From: Antedon mediterranea | Taxonomy: Eukaryota; Animalia; Echinodermata | Reading direction: 5' to 3' | NCBI RefSeq assembly: GCF_964355755.1 | Contig: NC_092676.1 | Location: 8,595,888-8,659,887 of the forward strand | Length of the DNA stretch: 64,000 bases | Program-made: the position numbers and the translations under genes | Shown: positions 51,502-63,644 of the stretch, in pieces | How the letters are laid out: the number at the start of each line of letters is the position of its first letter | Numbering within the stretch: position 1 is the first letter of the stretch | The notes under the pieces: model-generated | What the model was told of the DNA's origin: nothing | The model's database searches: none | What the model saw: only the letters and a program-made list of their open reading frames with translations

Positions 51502-51535
51502 GGATTAAAGAATATTCTTTAATCCATGGTTCACT
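51492..51535. other. 30-bp perfect palindrome with 7-bp TSD overlapping the ACCS-like first ATG
   Basis: GTTCACT|CATGGATTAAAGAAT-ATTCTTTAATCCATG|GTTCACT. Confidence 0.85.
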
Positions 51536-51795
51536 GAACCGAAACAAAAGTGATTCTGATTCATACGCCCTCTATTAAAAATAACTTTTTTAAATGTCTA
51601 TTAATTTTACGCTTATTTTTTTTGTTGGTTTGAGTATAATAAGTCACATTACTTGAAAAAATATTTGAAAAAAATCTACTGCTAATCAGCATCCAGGCGA
51701 TCAGTATTCCAAAAATGAGAAATTTAGTGAAATAGAGTAAAATATCCTTAAAAATGTGAGAAACACAAATATAATATAAATATGTAATAACAAAA

Positions 51796-52330
51796 ATTAA
51801 GACAACATAATGTACGTTAAGTCTAAACATGGATCAATTAAGACAACATAATGTACGTTAAGTCTAAACATAGATCAATTAAGACAATAATGTACGTTAA
51901 GTCTAAACATGGATCAATTAAGACAACATAATGTCCGTTAAGTCTAAACATGGATCAATTAAGACAACATAATGTACGTTAAGTATAAACATGGATCAAT
52001 TAAGACAACATAATGTACGTTAAGTCGAAACATGGATCAATTAAGACAATAATGTACGTTAAGTCTAAACATGGATCAATTAAGACAACATAATGTACGT
52101 TAAGTCTAAACATGGATCAATTAAGAGAACATAATGTACGTTAAGTCTAAACATGGATCAATTAAGACAACATAATGTACGTTAAGTCTAAACATGGATC
52201 AATTAAGACAACATAATGTACGTTAAATCTAACCATGGATCAATTAAGACAATAATGTAGGCCTACGTTAAGTATAAACATGGATTAATTAAGACAACAC
52301 AATGTACGTTAAGTCTAAACATGGATTAAT
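51796..52330. repeat. 41-bp minisatellite (TTAAGACAACATAATGTACGTTAAGTCTAAACATGGATCAA)n, about 13 copies
   Basis: Direct reading; lies in the intergenic region between divergent genes; some units are 39 bp. Confidence 0.95.
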
Positions 52331-52820
52331 GAATCCATGGTCTAAATAAGGTACTTTAAATAAGTTTATATAAAGTAGAATATAGTTTATAATTTAATTA
52401 ATTAATCATAAATATGCAAACAAAATTGTAAAATTGTATATAAATTATTATAAAATATATTATTTAAATGGTAAAAACCATTAAATTTCAATTAAAAAGT
52501 GAATAAACAATGAAGAATATACAAAATATTATTGGCATAAAGCTCTGAGTCTACTGACTATCAAACTAGTTTGACAAAAGAAATGTGATGTGACCAAATA
52601 TGGTAGTGATCAGACATCATGTCTTATGGACACATCACATATTTTTGTCACAAGGATGATAATTATAAATGTTTACAATAAGGTAGGTCTTAATCTTTTC
52701 AAAAGTTGTTAGATCATTAAAACGGAGAAAAGCCCAAATCACATAACAAAGTGCGGCACGTAAAAAGAATAAAGAAACAACATGGATCAATTCATTATTA
52801 ATCTTTTAAAAGCATCATTA

Positions 52821-52975
52821 TGACGTCAGCGCTAAAATAAGCCCCAAACTACCCACACGTCACTTGCGCAGTGTTGTTACCGCGTATTGATGGTTTCCAA
52901 GAGATGTCAATATAGTGGGATTCCATTGGATAGTTCCGTGCGTACAATAGAACGCGGCACCTATTGTTACGTCAT
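52821..52975. promoter_or_regulatory. Candidate promoter with CRE/ATF sites upstream of the cyclin-like gene
   Basis: Full TGACGTCA at 52821 plus CACGTCA and TTACGTCA within 150 bp, in a locally CpG-richer patch. Confidence 0.35.
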
Positions 52976-53164
52976 CAAATATTCGAATATAACTAACGAA
53001 CATTCCATATTTGAAGTGAGAATTATAATTCTTTCAATCGGTGAACAGTGATTTTAAATTGCTCTTCATTAAAACGAAATAAAACCGCTTTTACTGTACA
53101 AATTCAGTTTGGAAATAAGATACATCTATTTTCTATTACATTTGCTACATTTACATCGTCTGCC

Positions 53165-54502
53165 ATGGCAAAGTTGATATTTAAAAGAAGATTTAATGCT
53201 TCTTTAGAGGAAGCCCGGAAAACGGTGAGATCAAATAAGTATCCCGCCGCTAAGTACGATAGGTTCCTCCAAGTGAGGAATAAAAGGGCAAGAAACAGGG
53301 GGTGTCCCTATGCCAGAAAGAATGCTATTGCTAAGTCAACTTGTAACTTACAAGAATTAGGCCTAGGCCTAGATACACTTATAAAATCAGAAAATAAATC
53401 AGCTAATAATATCAATAATCATTATCATTTAAATCATGACTTGATCACTCCCAAGCCTAGTAGTTATACTGTGCCTAGCCTAGTGCCTAGTGAAGAAGAA
53501 ATATTATCTCCAAACATAAACTTAGTTACACCTATCATAATAAGTAGGCCTATGAGTACTAGCAGTAGTAGTGGCACTATGTCTGGTACTAACAGTAGTG
53601 GCACTTTGACTAGCAGCAGTGGTCGTAGTAGTAGCAGCAGTAGGCCTAGTGCTGGCACTAAGTCAAGTAGTAGTGAGAGTGATAGCAGGCCTAGTAGTAG
53701 CAACAGTTGTAGTAGCATGGTAGGAGAAAGGTCTAGTAGCGATAGTAGCACTGTTGTAGTAGTAGGCAATGGTGATGTTTTGTTTCATTTTCCAGGTAGT
53801 GATAACAATTCTAATAATATTTCAAATGAAAACTATGAGCTTGACTCTAACAAAGAATATTTTAATTCATTAATTGATCGTGAAAAAATATCTGAAAATC
53901 CATGGGCACAATTTGAATCACAATCAGCCAAAGAACATATGGTAGATTTTTTATGTAATATTCGATCTGAACTCATTCGTTATGAATACATAATCGAATA
54001 TGATATAGTTCATCGCAGCCTTACAATTATAGAAAATGTACTAAACTGTTATAATACAGCATTTAAACTTGGTGATCTGGAGGAATTGGCAATTGCATCA
54101 TTTTGCCTGGCATTGAAATGTGCTGAACGATACCAATCTAAACACATCATTCCTTATGCATGTGATCGCCTTCAGAATCTTGGCTTCTTTAATCCAAAAA
54201 AAATAGCAGAAATAGAATTCAAAATATTACAGATAGTAAACTTTAATATCAATAGTGTCACGTGTCTTGATTTTGTTCATATTTATTGCGATATTGCTAT
54301 CAGCAAAACTACAACGAACAATAACAAACGAAGAATAGAAAGAGTTAGACACGAATCTGTAGAATATTTGATTAAGAATAAAATATCTCTTACAACAGTA
54401 AAGCCATCCGCAATAGCATACTTAGTAATTAACGCCATTATGGAGAAACTTGAAATAAGTAAAGAGTTATTCTTTCAGGAGAATATTGAAGATAGGTGTT
54501 AA
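53165..54502 (+). CDS. Intronless divergent cyclin-box protein (445 aa) with basic N-terminus and Ser-rich linker
   Basis: Strong Kozak GCCATGG at 53165; cyclin-box features MVDFL, LAIASFCLALKCAE, EFKILQIVNFNINSVTCLDF, KPSAIA; AATAAA at about 54549. Confidence 0.8.
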   Translation: MAKLIFKRRFNASLEEARKTVRSNKYPAAKYDRFLQVRNKRARNRGCPYARKNAIAKSTCNLQELGLGLDTLIKSENKSANNINNHYHLNHDLITPKPSSYTVPSLVPSEEEILSPNINLVTPIIISRPMSTSSSSGTMSGTNSSGTLTSSSGRSSSSSRPSAGTKSSSSESDSRPSSSNSCSSMVGERSSSDSSTVVVVGNGDVLFHFPGSDNNSNNISNENYELDSNKEYFNSLIDREKISENPWAQFESQSAKEHMVDFLCNIRSELIRYEYIIEYDIVHRSLTIIENVLNCYNTAFKLGDLEELAIASFCLALKCAERYQSKHIIPYACDRLQNLGFFNPKKIAEIEFKILQIVNFNINSVTCLDFVHIYCDIAISKTTTNNNKRRIERVRHESVEYLIKNKISLTTVKPSAIAYLVINAIMEKLEISKELFFQENIEDRC

Positions 54503-55592
54503 ACAATGTAAGATAAGTTTAAGACATATTTACCCTAAGTTAAAACAAAATAAAGTACTTATAGATATACATACAGATACATAAATATAGTTTGTTAAGA
54601 CAAATTAATTGAGAAAAAATAAAAATGTATAAATGTGCAATATTAAAAAACAAACATATCGATAAAATATATTTTTGTAAATGTGGAAATAAGAATTTAT
54701 TATACAAAATTGCGTTGTGCTTAAATACAAAAAGGAAATATAAGTTAAAATTAACATGAAAAAAATTATAGATAAAAATACATTTTTTTAAGGATGATAA
54801 ATGAGAATAATAATCCGGTTATAATGAAGGATGTTGCAATAAAAAGATTGAAATAGGGTAGTTCTTAAAATAATATTCCTTTAGTTCAGTTGATTAAGTT
54901 ATCAGGCAATACAAAATATAATTTCAACAAAAAAAAACAAAACAAAAATGATTATAATATTGTAAAATAGATAAGAGTATAAATGTAATAATAAGGTAAT
55001 TGTTAAAATAGAGTAATATTCCCTTTATCATTTAATGTAGGTAAGTTTAGTTAGTAGGCAATACAAAATATAAAAATAGATTATTATTATTGTAATATTA
55101 CAAATAAGTAGATTTGAAAATAAACTTACTTTGGTTATAGGGTAATATAAGATTTAGTAGTTAGGTAAGTAATTTAAAAAAAAAAAAAAAAAAAAAATAA
55201 AAAACCCAAAAAAACCCAAAAATAAACAAACCAACCCCCCCCCCCCCCCAAAAAAAACCACATCCCAGTCTGAAGTCGGAGATGCTACCTCATCGTGGTA
55301 GACTGGTGTCAACATCATTGGTAAAACATGATACCAATGATGGCTAACAGCATCACGCATCTAGTATAAATCGTCAATTGCACACGAATTTGTCTTTATG
55401 TGGCAAGGTTATCTACAACGGTTCCTCCTAAAGTTGATTGTAGCATTGGCATACCCACAACAAAATGGACTAAACCACACAGTAATAGCGATTACAGAGG
55501 CGGAAAGAACTAATTTGTGAGGTCGTCCGTAAATTGGGCGCTGGCTGCGAGACTTTCAAAGTGGTTTGTTATTGCTCCTCCTCGGCACGACA

Positions 55593-58500
55593 ATGCAGGT
55601 GTATATGTCTTACATGGGCCTATGCCTCGTACTGGGTAAGTAAAACTATTTTTAGGTAAAATAATGTATTTAGTTAAACTATTATAATTATAATTGTTTC
55701 ATTGTTTTCAACATTTTTCCTTTTATTGGGAATTCCAAATTTCTTTCTTTTAAATACAAGAATGTCTTTAACATAAAAAGAACTCAATTTCCAAAACTTT
55801 ATTTTTCTAAGCTACAATACTTATAAGCGTTTTATGGTAGATGCATCTCTGTTTTCAATTAATGTAAGCCTGGTGTATTACAATTAAATTCCCAGTTTCA
55901 CCAAGTTACCTTATCTAATGTTATTATTATTAACCCAGGGCGTCTAATAGATTTAGCTAAAGAACATTTTAGTTCAATTATGACTGTTTAATGTTTACAG
56001 TCGTTACTTAACATAACACATATGCCTGCACATAATTGACTCAAAACTAATTTACTAAATTGAGACCTGGTTAAATATTATAACACCACAATAAAGAACA
56101 TTATTTGATGTTTATGCCACCTAGTGCACTAAAAATCTCAAGGAAAATCTTCTATAAATTAATGTCTTTTTGTTTTATTTCAGTAGCTTAAATAGGCCTA
56201 ATGTTATAACTTTTTATTATAGGCCTACATTTTGTGAGAGATTTTCCCAATAAATAAAAATCAAAATCAGACGCCGCTCTAGCTAGTTTCAATGCGACAC
56301 TTAGGCGTACTTGAATACTGTGGCGTTTGCATTATATTTATTAAAATAATAATATTATAAAAAACTCGATTGAAATTAAACAAATTAATAAGTAAGAGTA
56401 AATATAACTTAATTCGCAGGTGCTAAGATGTTTTGATTTGATATCATAACAAACCTTAATTAGATTACGGTCGATCACTATGACACATCGTGTTTTGGTC
56501 TTAAAGCTCAGGTACAGGCATGAATTTTAAAATTAATATCTGGTTAATTGTACATAAATAAAATATTTGTAACAGAAATCAAGATGAAAAACCATGAATT
56601 TCCCCTAATATGGTCAAATACAAAATTTGGCAAAATTCTGCCAAAAAAACCAGGAAGACTTTTTTTCAGTAGTTAGGTAGTTAACATAATGTAATAACAT
56701 GTCTGGTGACCCCCTAGAAGGTGAAAAAAGATGGTGGATATACGGTGGATAATTTTTGCTATAGCATGAAAATAAAATTCTGAAGTTGAATAAAAATACC
56801 AGAAATGTAAAATTCAAGTTATATTACCTATATTTAGTCATCGTTTATTTTTCATAGCTTTTTAAAATGCCTCTCTATTTTCAAAATTTGTGTACAAAAG
56901 AATAGAGATTTTACTGTGTAATTTGAACTATCCCCCCACTGATATGAAAGTGCTAACTTTCAAAAAGCTCCTGTAACACAAATAAAATCCCAAAAATTAT
57001 GAAACATAGGGGAAACTATAGATCGATAATTATTGGAATGTATGATCAATAGAAATTTTTTTTCCGCAGCTGGCCTTTAAAATAGGAAATATTGCAGGAA
57101 AAAAATTATCAAAAAATTAAATAACTATTTTATACAAATAATAAATAGAAGGAATTTTGATTAAAGGCGGTCCTTGCTACTCAGGAAAGAACCCCTCTCC
57201 CACGACATTCACTAAAAACTAAATATTCAAATTATATTTTATAAGAGTAATTAAGAAACATATTGTTGACAAAGCACACATACTGTATTTGTTTTTTAAA
57301 TGTATGTACAGTACTGTATATAGAATACCCTGCTTAACTTGATTTAAGATTTTTCTTTTTACACATTGTTTTCGTTTGAATTTTGAACTTTGTAGTTTAA
57401 TTAAGATTATGTAGGGAGCAGAGTAGTTCACACTCTCAAACTTTATGTGACAAAAAAATGTGTTATGCCTATATCACTACCATATTTGAGCATATCAGTA
57501 CCAAATTATTTGTCCACACTTCTCTTGTCAAACTACTTTGACAGTATAGACAGAACTTAAATGTAGACAGAATTTAAAACATCTGATTTTTTTCTCTTGC
57601 CTATTTTGCTACCCAATTTTACACTCTGTTTCCTGAATATTTTTATTATAAGACCTACACATTTTATTTTTGATTGTATGTTGTAATTGTTATTATGTTT
57701 TGTGACAGACGTGAAATAAATTGAACTGATGTGGTCTACTAAAATATTAGTGATATAGTTTCACAATGATTTGTGAAATAACCATTGGCGTGGTCCGTAG
57801 TGACGATACATTAATATCACCGGGAATATTGGTGACAAATTAATAAGTAATAAATATATAACCATTGTAAAGCTCTGTATACACTATCAAACTAGTTCGA
57901 CAAAAACCTGTGATGTACCCAAATAATGGTAGTGATATGGGCACATCACATAAAGTTTGACAGAGCTTAAGATGTTGAATTATCGTCTGCATTTTCGAGT
58001 GAAAAGTTATTTTCGTGAGCCTTTAAAGTTACTTAAAGATGTGTTGTGTTAAACACATCGAAATACTGTAAATAGTTTTTTTGTGTGGAATATCTAGACC
58101 TTCCTGTAGGCTATGATACATGCGATATCACACATTCACATTACTTGCTTATCATTAACATTTGTTATTTTATAATTAAGGTTTATTTGCAACAGCTTTG
58201 CTGAATTACTTAATGGAAACGAACGGGAAATCTGGAATTCCCTTACTTATAGTCGTGATTGAAATATTATAAATCGATTTCATTCATATCACATACGAGT
58301 GAATGCTCATGGAAATTTCAACTTTATTTGTCACTTGAAAATCACACCCTAAATAGTGTTAAAGGTACATTCACACGAAACGGAAGCTGGTGACGTCACA
58401 TTACAAGCGTTTTTAATTACGCTCATGTAGAAATGTTTTACCGTCGGCCTACAATCTCACCAACGCAATCATGGCCTGGTCGTACTATAAATGCTTATTA

Positions 58501-61500
58501 TCCATCCCATTTTTTTATAAGATATAATTTCTAGCGGCAAAACGCATATTTCACTAATGAAAGATGGATTGTGTCGAGAGAGTTTAGCATTTCTTTCTCA
58601 GGGGTACGGTTACTGAAATTGCCTGACCGGGCTTTGAAAAGGAAAATATTTTGTCCCAGGAGCGTTCATTAGGCAATTTTCCCATCCAACCTCTCGTTCA
58701 GACTACCAATTCGTCATACCAATAATAAGTGTTAAAATGTGTCAAAATGTAATCTTCAACAGTATTAATTCAGCCTGTTATTATAAAAGTCTATTAAATC
58801 TGTACAGGCCCCTGGATACGTGCGTATAAACCACTATACCAGTAGAGGAATACTGAACTGATTTGATTTAAGATGGCCTAATTTCAACTGAAATAATCGA
58901 ATAAGAACCGCCCACTAATTGAATTTAATCAAAGAATCGTTTACACACAATTAATATTTCCCGTTGACTGCTATTGACTTTATAGATGACCTAGTGGTTA
59001 TTTACACAAGTGGTGACAAAATAAAAATGAAAGTTTAAGCTAACTAACTAAAATGAAAGCTATTTATGCCAAATGCTGTTGCTTTAGGCATGTCTAGCAA
59101 CTGACCTATAGGCATAGGCCATAGGCATCAATAAGGCCAATAACAGCCTGTTATGTCATTAATAGTTTGTTCAATTCCTTCTTTCTCATTTGAATACATT
59201 ACGATTGTTAAATTTTTTGTAAACTTATATATATAATTGGCGTATACGTTTAGTTTTTTAATTCTTTTACTTTTAATTGATTTACAGCATTTTGGAAAGT
59301 ATTTTGTTGTTTGTTTGAATGGACACCACATTTATACCCCACAGGATAACCTGGCCATTAATCAATTATAGCCTGGGTGCAGTACAAATTTTGCGGGAAA
59401 AAAGTATAGGAAAATGTTTTTCTTTTTTTTCTGATAGAGTATACCATATAGAATGTCAGAAAAAAATCCCCATCCCAGGGTCTTGGGGAAAATTTTTTAC
59501 GGCCTTTTTAAATTTTGGCCTATCACACAAATGCCTATTAACACACACAAATACCTATAATATATAGGGGATAGGGAAAACCAATTCATGTTTTTTTTTT
59601 ACTTGGAGTTGTGTTATGATGATTAAAATTTGCTGAGGCTTACTTTAATAACTACTTCTCATAGTAGTTGATAAATCGAGTCGATAACAATGACATCATC
59701 ATGCCAGAATCCAATATGGCGTCCAATTTGGCGGAAAAAAACAGGGTATTGCTAAACCCCATGTTAAAAAAAAATAAAATTTCTACTGTTAACGACTTAT
59801 TTTTGGGGTAAAACATCATTTTTGGTAAAAAATGATTGCTAATTTTTAACAAAAAAATGATGTTTTACCCCAAAAATAAGTAGTTAACAGTGGAAATTTT
59901 TTTTACATGAACATATTAATACCCAGTGGGTCGTACACTCCATGATTCAATCACTTTTATGTTGGTTCGGTGGGGTTTGCTATGTTTTTTGAAGGTTTCC
60001 AGGGGTTTGTGGGGGTTTAGCAATACCCTGTTTTGCCCGCTAAATTGGACGCCATATTGGATTCTGGCATGATGATGTCATCGTATCGACTTGATTCATC
60101 AACTACTATGAGAAGTAGTTATTAAAGTAAGCCTCTACTAATTTTAATAATTAAAACACAACTGCAAGTAACAAAAACTGTTAATTGATTTTCCCTATCC
60201 CCTATATATAGGTTTTTGTGTGTGTTAATAGGAATTTGTGTGTGTTATATAGGCCAAAATTTAAAAGTGCCATAAAAAATTTCCACCAAGATGGGGATTT
60301 TTTTTCTGACATTCTAAAGGCCTATGGTATACTCTATTATAAAAACCCAAAAAAAAAATATTTCCCATACTTTTTTCCCGCAAATATCTATAATAATTGT
60401 TCTGCACCCAGGCTATTAGCTTTAATTGCTGTTTTAGTAATTAAGTGTAATTTCTTTGTTTCCATAATTATTAAACTAATGCAAATGGTCAGGAAATCAT
60501 TCGCAGTCAGAGCCTTAAGTGAGCAACGTCAATAAAGCAATTGCTTATACTTCTATATTTTGTACCTGTGATTTAGTCTTTTGTGTTTTGCACGTTGTGT
60601 AATAGTATACAAATAATAAATGTTTGAGTGTAATGGTACAAATAATGGCACGAGGTGAATGATGAAAGGTTATATATCAACGAGGCGACAACAAAAGTAC
60701 TATTAAACGATCGTTTAATAATGCGTACTATTGCACGCCATGTGACCCACAATCATCCAATCAAATGACAGGAATTTATTTAGGTGTTATATAATAACAG
60801 TTACATATATATTATGTAAATAATTATCATATGTCATATGTTGCCTGCAACCAAATTTATTCATGACGCGTTTCTTTTACGAATGAGTCTGGACTATTGT
60901 TACTTTTTTTTTGACATTTATATATTTCTTCTTGTTCTGTGTTTCATTTGTTTTCTATGTGTTTTACACTTCTGTAACGTACGGTTAAAGTCAGCACATA
61001 AAATGTAAATACAGGGAGTTGTTATTAGATATTAGACTCCCTGGTAAATGTAAGCGGATTAATGCAAACATGTCACTAAAGTATAGGCCATCCTATTATT
61101 TGTATATAGTAAATTTAGTAGTTTCCTGCATTTATATTTTAACTTGAAATAATTAATACTTTCATTATCAGAGAAAAATGATATTACTCACGATCACTCT
61201 TTTCTCATTTATAATATAGTATGCTGTGTTGACATATGGCACTATTCAATTAGGCCTAACTCATCAAACGAAAATTAAATCCGTTTTCTTTTTTCTTTAT
61301 TTTTGGTTACGAGTAGGAAATATCATCTAAAACTATTTTGAATACGATTATACTATATTTAAATTCATTATATCTACGTTTTGATTGGATGAAACCGACC
61401 ATGTGGTCTTATTTTGGTGACGTAAAAATACCATATATAGACCTAAATTTAGGCGTGAGTCCATGACATCCTGCTAAAGCTGCTGATTTAGATTTGTTCT

Positions 61501-63586
61501 TATTTCATTAAATGTATTTAAATATTGACCCTATGAGTAAGATAACTAATATCTTTACATAGTTAGGAAATGCAAAACACGACTTGCCAGAATTGAATAT
61601 GCAATTATGACGAAGCAAAATAATATGTTTTATAATATCAATCTTTAAAGATGTATTGTCCTCAAAACCATGAAAAATGAAGATTTAAAATAAATTTCTT
61701 TTTGATCCAATTTTTGGTCAATATTGTTAACTATTATATGACATTAAAATGGCATATTTATCTACAAATTTAAAAAAAATATTTTTTTCAGTGGACAATA
61801 CATCTTTAATTTGAAATGATATTATAATCAGTCTTTATTATCCTGCACATTTCAACTGAATTGCAGGTTATAGAAGCATAATAGTATATCATTATTAGGC
61901 TCTAATATAAGTTTACTGTTGGATGTACTATTACTCTTTTCACATCTGCATATAAATGTTTACAACTTTAAACCAGGTTTGATCTCCCGGTCACTATCAT
62001 GTACGAACATTTTAACCGGACTTTCACATTTTAAATCCTAACTAAATAGGATTTAACATGAAAATGCTTTTTATTTAATAAGCATTCATTTATATTTTCT
62101 TTTAAAATATACCTTTTATCCATCAACGTGTTAGACTATACATATTATTTATGTTATTCAAACTTACAGGCATAAATAAACTCTAAACCGGCCAGTGATA
62201 TGGAAATTAATAAATGTTTTAAGCGGTTAAAATGAGGAAATCTGTGAGAATGAAAAATGAAAACAAGCTGTCTAAAGCTCTTGACCTACACTATCAAAGT
62301 TTATGTGACAAAAAAATGTGATGTGCCCATATCATATGAGCACATCACATGTCCATGATGGACAAGATGGTGTCATATCACTACCATATTTGTGCATATT
62401 ACTCCCATATTTGGGCACATCACATTTCTTTGTCACATAAAGTTTGATAGTGTAGGCATTTGCATATTATTACATGTGGTGTTTTGAAATTGAATAAACA
62501 AAGTAACTGTGCAAATTAGTAAACTTTAATAGTGTCTAGATTGCGATTTAACATTACTTGTAAATTATTAATAGAATGAACAGACTTACAAATAGAAAGT
62601 AGCTAATTCACGGAAACAGAAACGATATAGATATACACAAATTAATGAGTCATTTCTATGGAAGCAACCATTATTTTATCCTAAACGGAACGAGAAGTGA
62701 ACGACTATCCAATATTATCCTTGATATCCGTCGTAAGGCCAATTAACACATGAAGACAAACAACCAAAATGTGTACTTTTTTTTCTCTCTTTTGTCGGGG
62801 CACTTTTATTGCACATATGATAAACAATGTATATTTAAATGACATTACACAGTCTGAGGTTAAAAGATTATAGAAAATATTTTGATATTGTGTTGAAATC
62901 TAAATATGATATAACAATATAGAAAATTTATATTATGATTGACATTAAAAAATGAGATTCGGTATAATAATGATAAAATGGTATATGGCATTAAAAGATT
63001 GTGGTTTATTTAAATACTTCGATTAAATTGTATAGTTTTACATTGATAAAGAAAGACATTTTGAACATACTATTGCATGATTTACATGAATTATATGATA
63101 AAATAACACATTAATATACAATGCAAAGCTAAACAGTAGAACGTCTATTCAGAGGACACCTTTATTTAAGGGACACTATCCCGTGAAATGAACGAAGAGC
63201 AATATGCAATACACACCCAGTCACTCCAGGACATTTTGTTGGGTCCCGAACGTGTCCATTTAATAGGGGTTCGAATGTATGGTCATTGGGCTTCACAAGC
63301 AAGAGAACGACTGCGGTAGACGATTGGGCTTCACATTAGTTCAAACGCTGTCTGTATTGAAACCGTAAGATTATATGGGTTGCAGAAATCAAACTAAATT
63401 CTGCCGCAGATGATGAGGCCTACAACATGGACATTATTTTGTCTATAATTATATATAATAAATAATAGTGATATTTTGTCAATGATTTTTTTAGGGCTTA
63501 TGGTCTTGGCATCCACGGTAGATGCACAAGCAAATGGTCGAAATGTTATTCCACGTGACCAACGAGATTGTACTGGTGTAAGACCT
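55593..63586 (+). CDS. First two coding exons of a secreted or membrane protein, continuing beyond the window
   Basis: Exon 55593-55635 (acaATG, MQVYMSYMGLCLVL, G|GTAAGT) plus exon 63495-63586 (GLMVLASTVDAQANGRNVIPRDQRDCTGVRP|GTAAGT) give one signal peptide ending VDA-Q; alternative donor at 63578. Confidence 0.55.
59369..60415. mobile_element. Second fold-back Academ-like element
   Basis: TTA|TAGCCTGGGTGCAG...CTGCACCCAGGCTA|TTA; colinear with 24233-25386 but with a deletion of about 100 bp in the left arm. Confidence 0.9.
61649..61805. mobile_element. TTAA-flanked Kolobok-like MITE
   Basis: TTAA|AGATGTATTGTCC ... GGACAATACATCT|TTAA. Confidence 0.8.
62276..62456. mobile_element. PIF/Harbinger-type MITE, same family as 29556
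   Basis: CTACACTATCAAAGTTTATGTGAC ... GTCACATAAAGTTTGATAGTGTAG. Confidence 0.75.
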
Positions 63587-63644
63587 GTAAGTGATCTACA
63601 TTATTGATAGAAAATGCAGCAGGTTGTTGACAAAGTTTACAACC

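Noticed and set aside
51796-52330. CRISPR-like appearance of the 41-bp array (also the 38-39-bp array at 30490)
   Set aside because: Units are head-to-tail with no unique spacers, there are no cas genes, and the context is eukaryotic
53048-53164. N-terminal extension of the cyclin ORF in the ORF track
   Set aside because: Starts at GTG; the first ATG with a strong Kozak context is at 53165
53464-53769. Leu-rich minus-strand ORF
   Set aside because: Antisense shadow of the Ser-rich (AGT/AGC) tract of the cyclin gene
55176-55259. Poly(A) run as the tail of a cyclin retrocopy
   Set aside because: No matching upstream TSD found; the mixed A/C homopolymer may be low-complexity sequence or sequencing error
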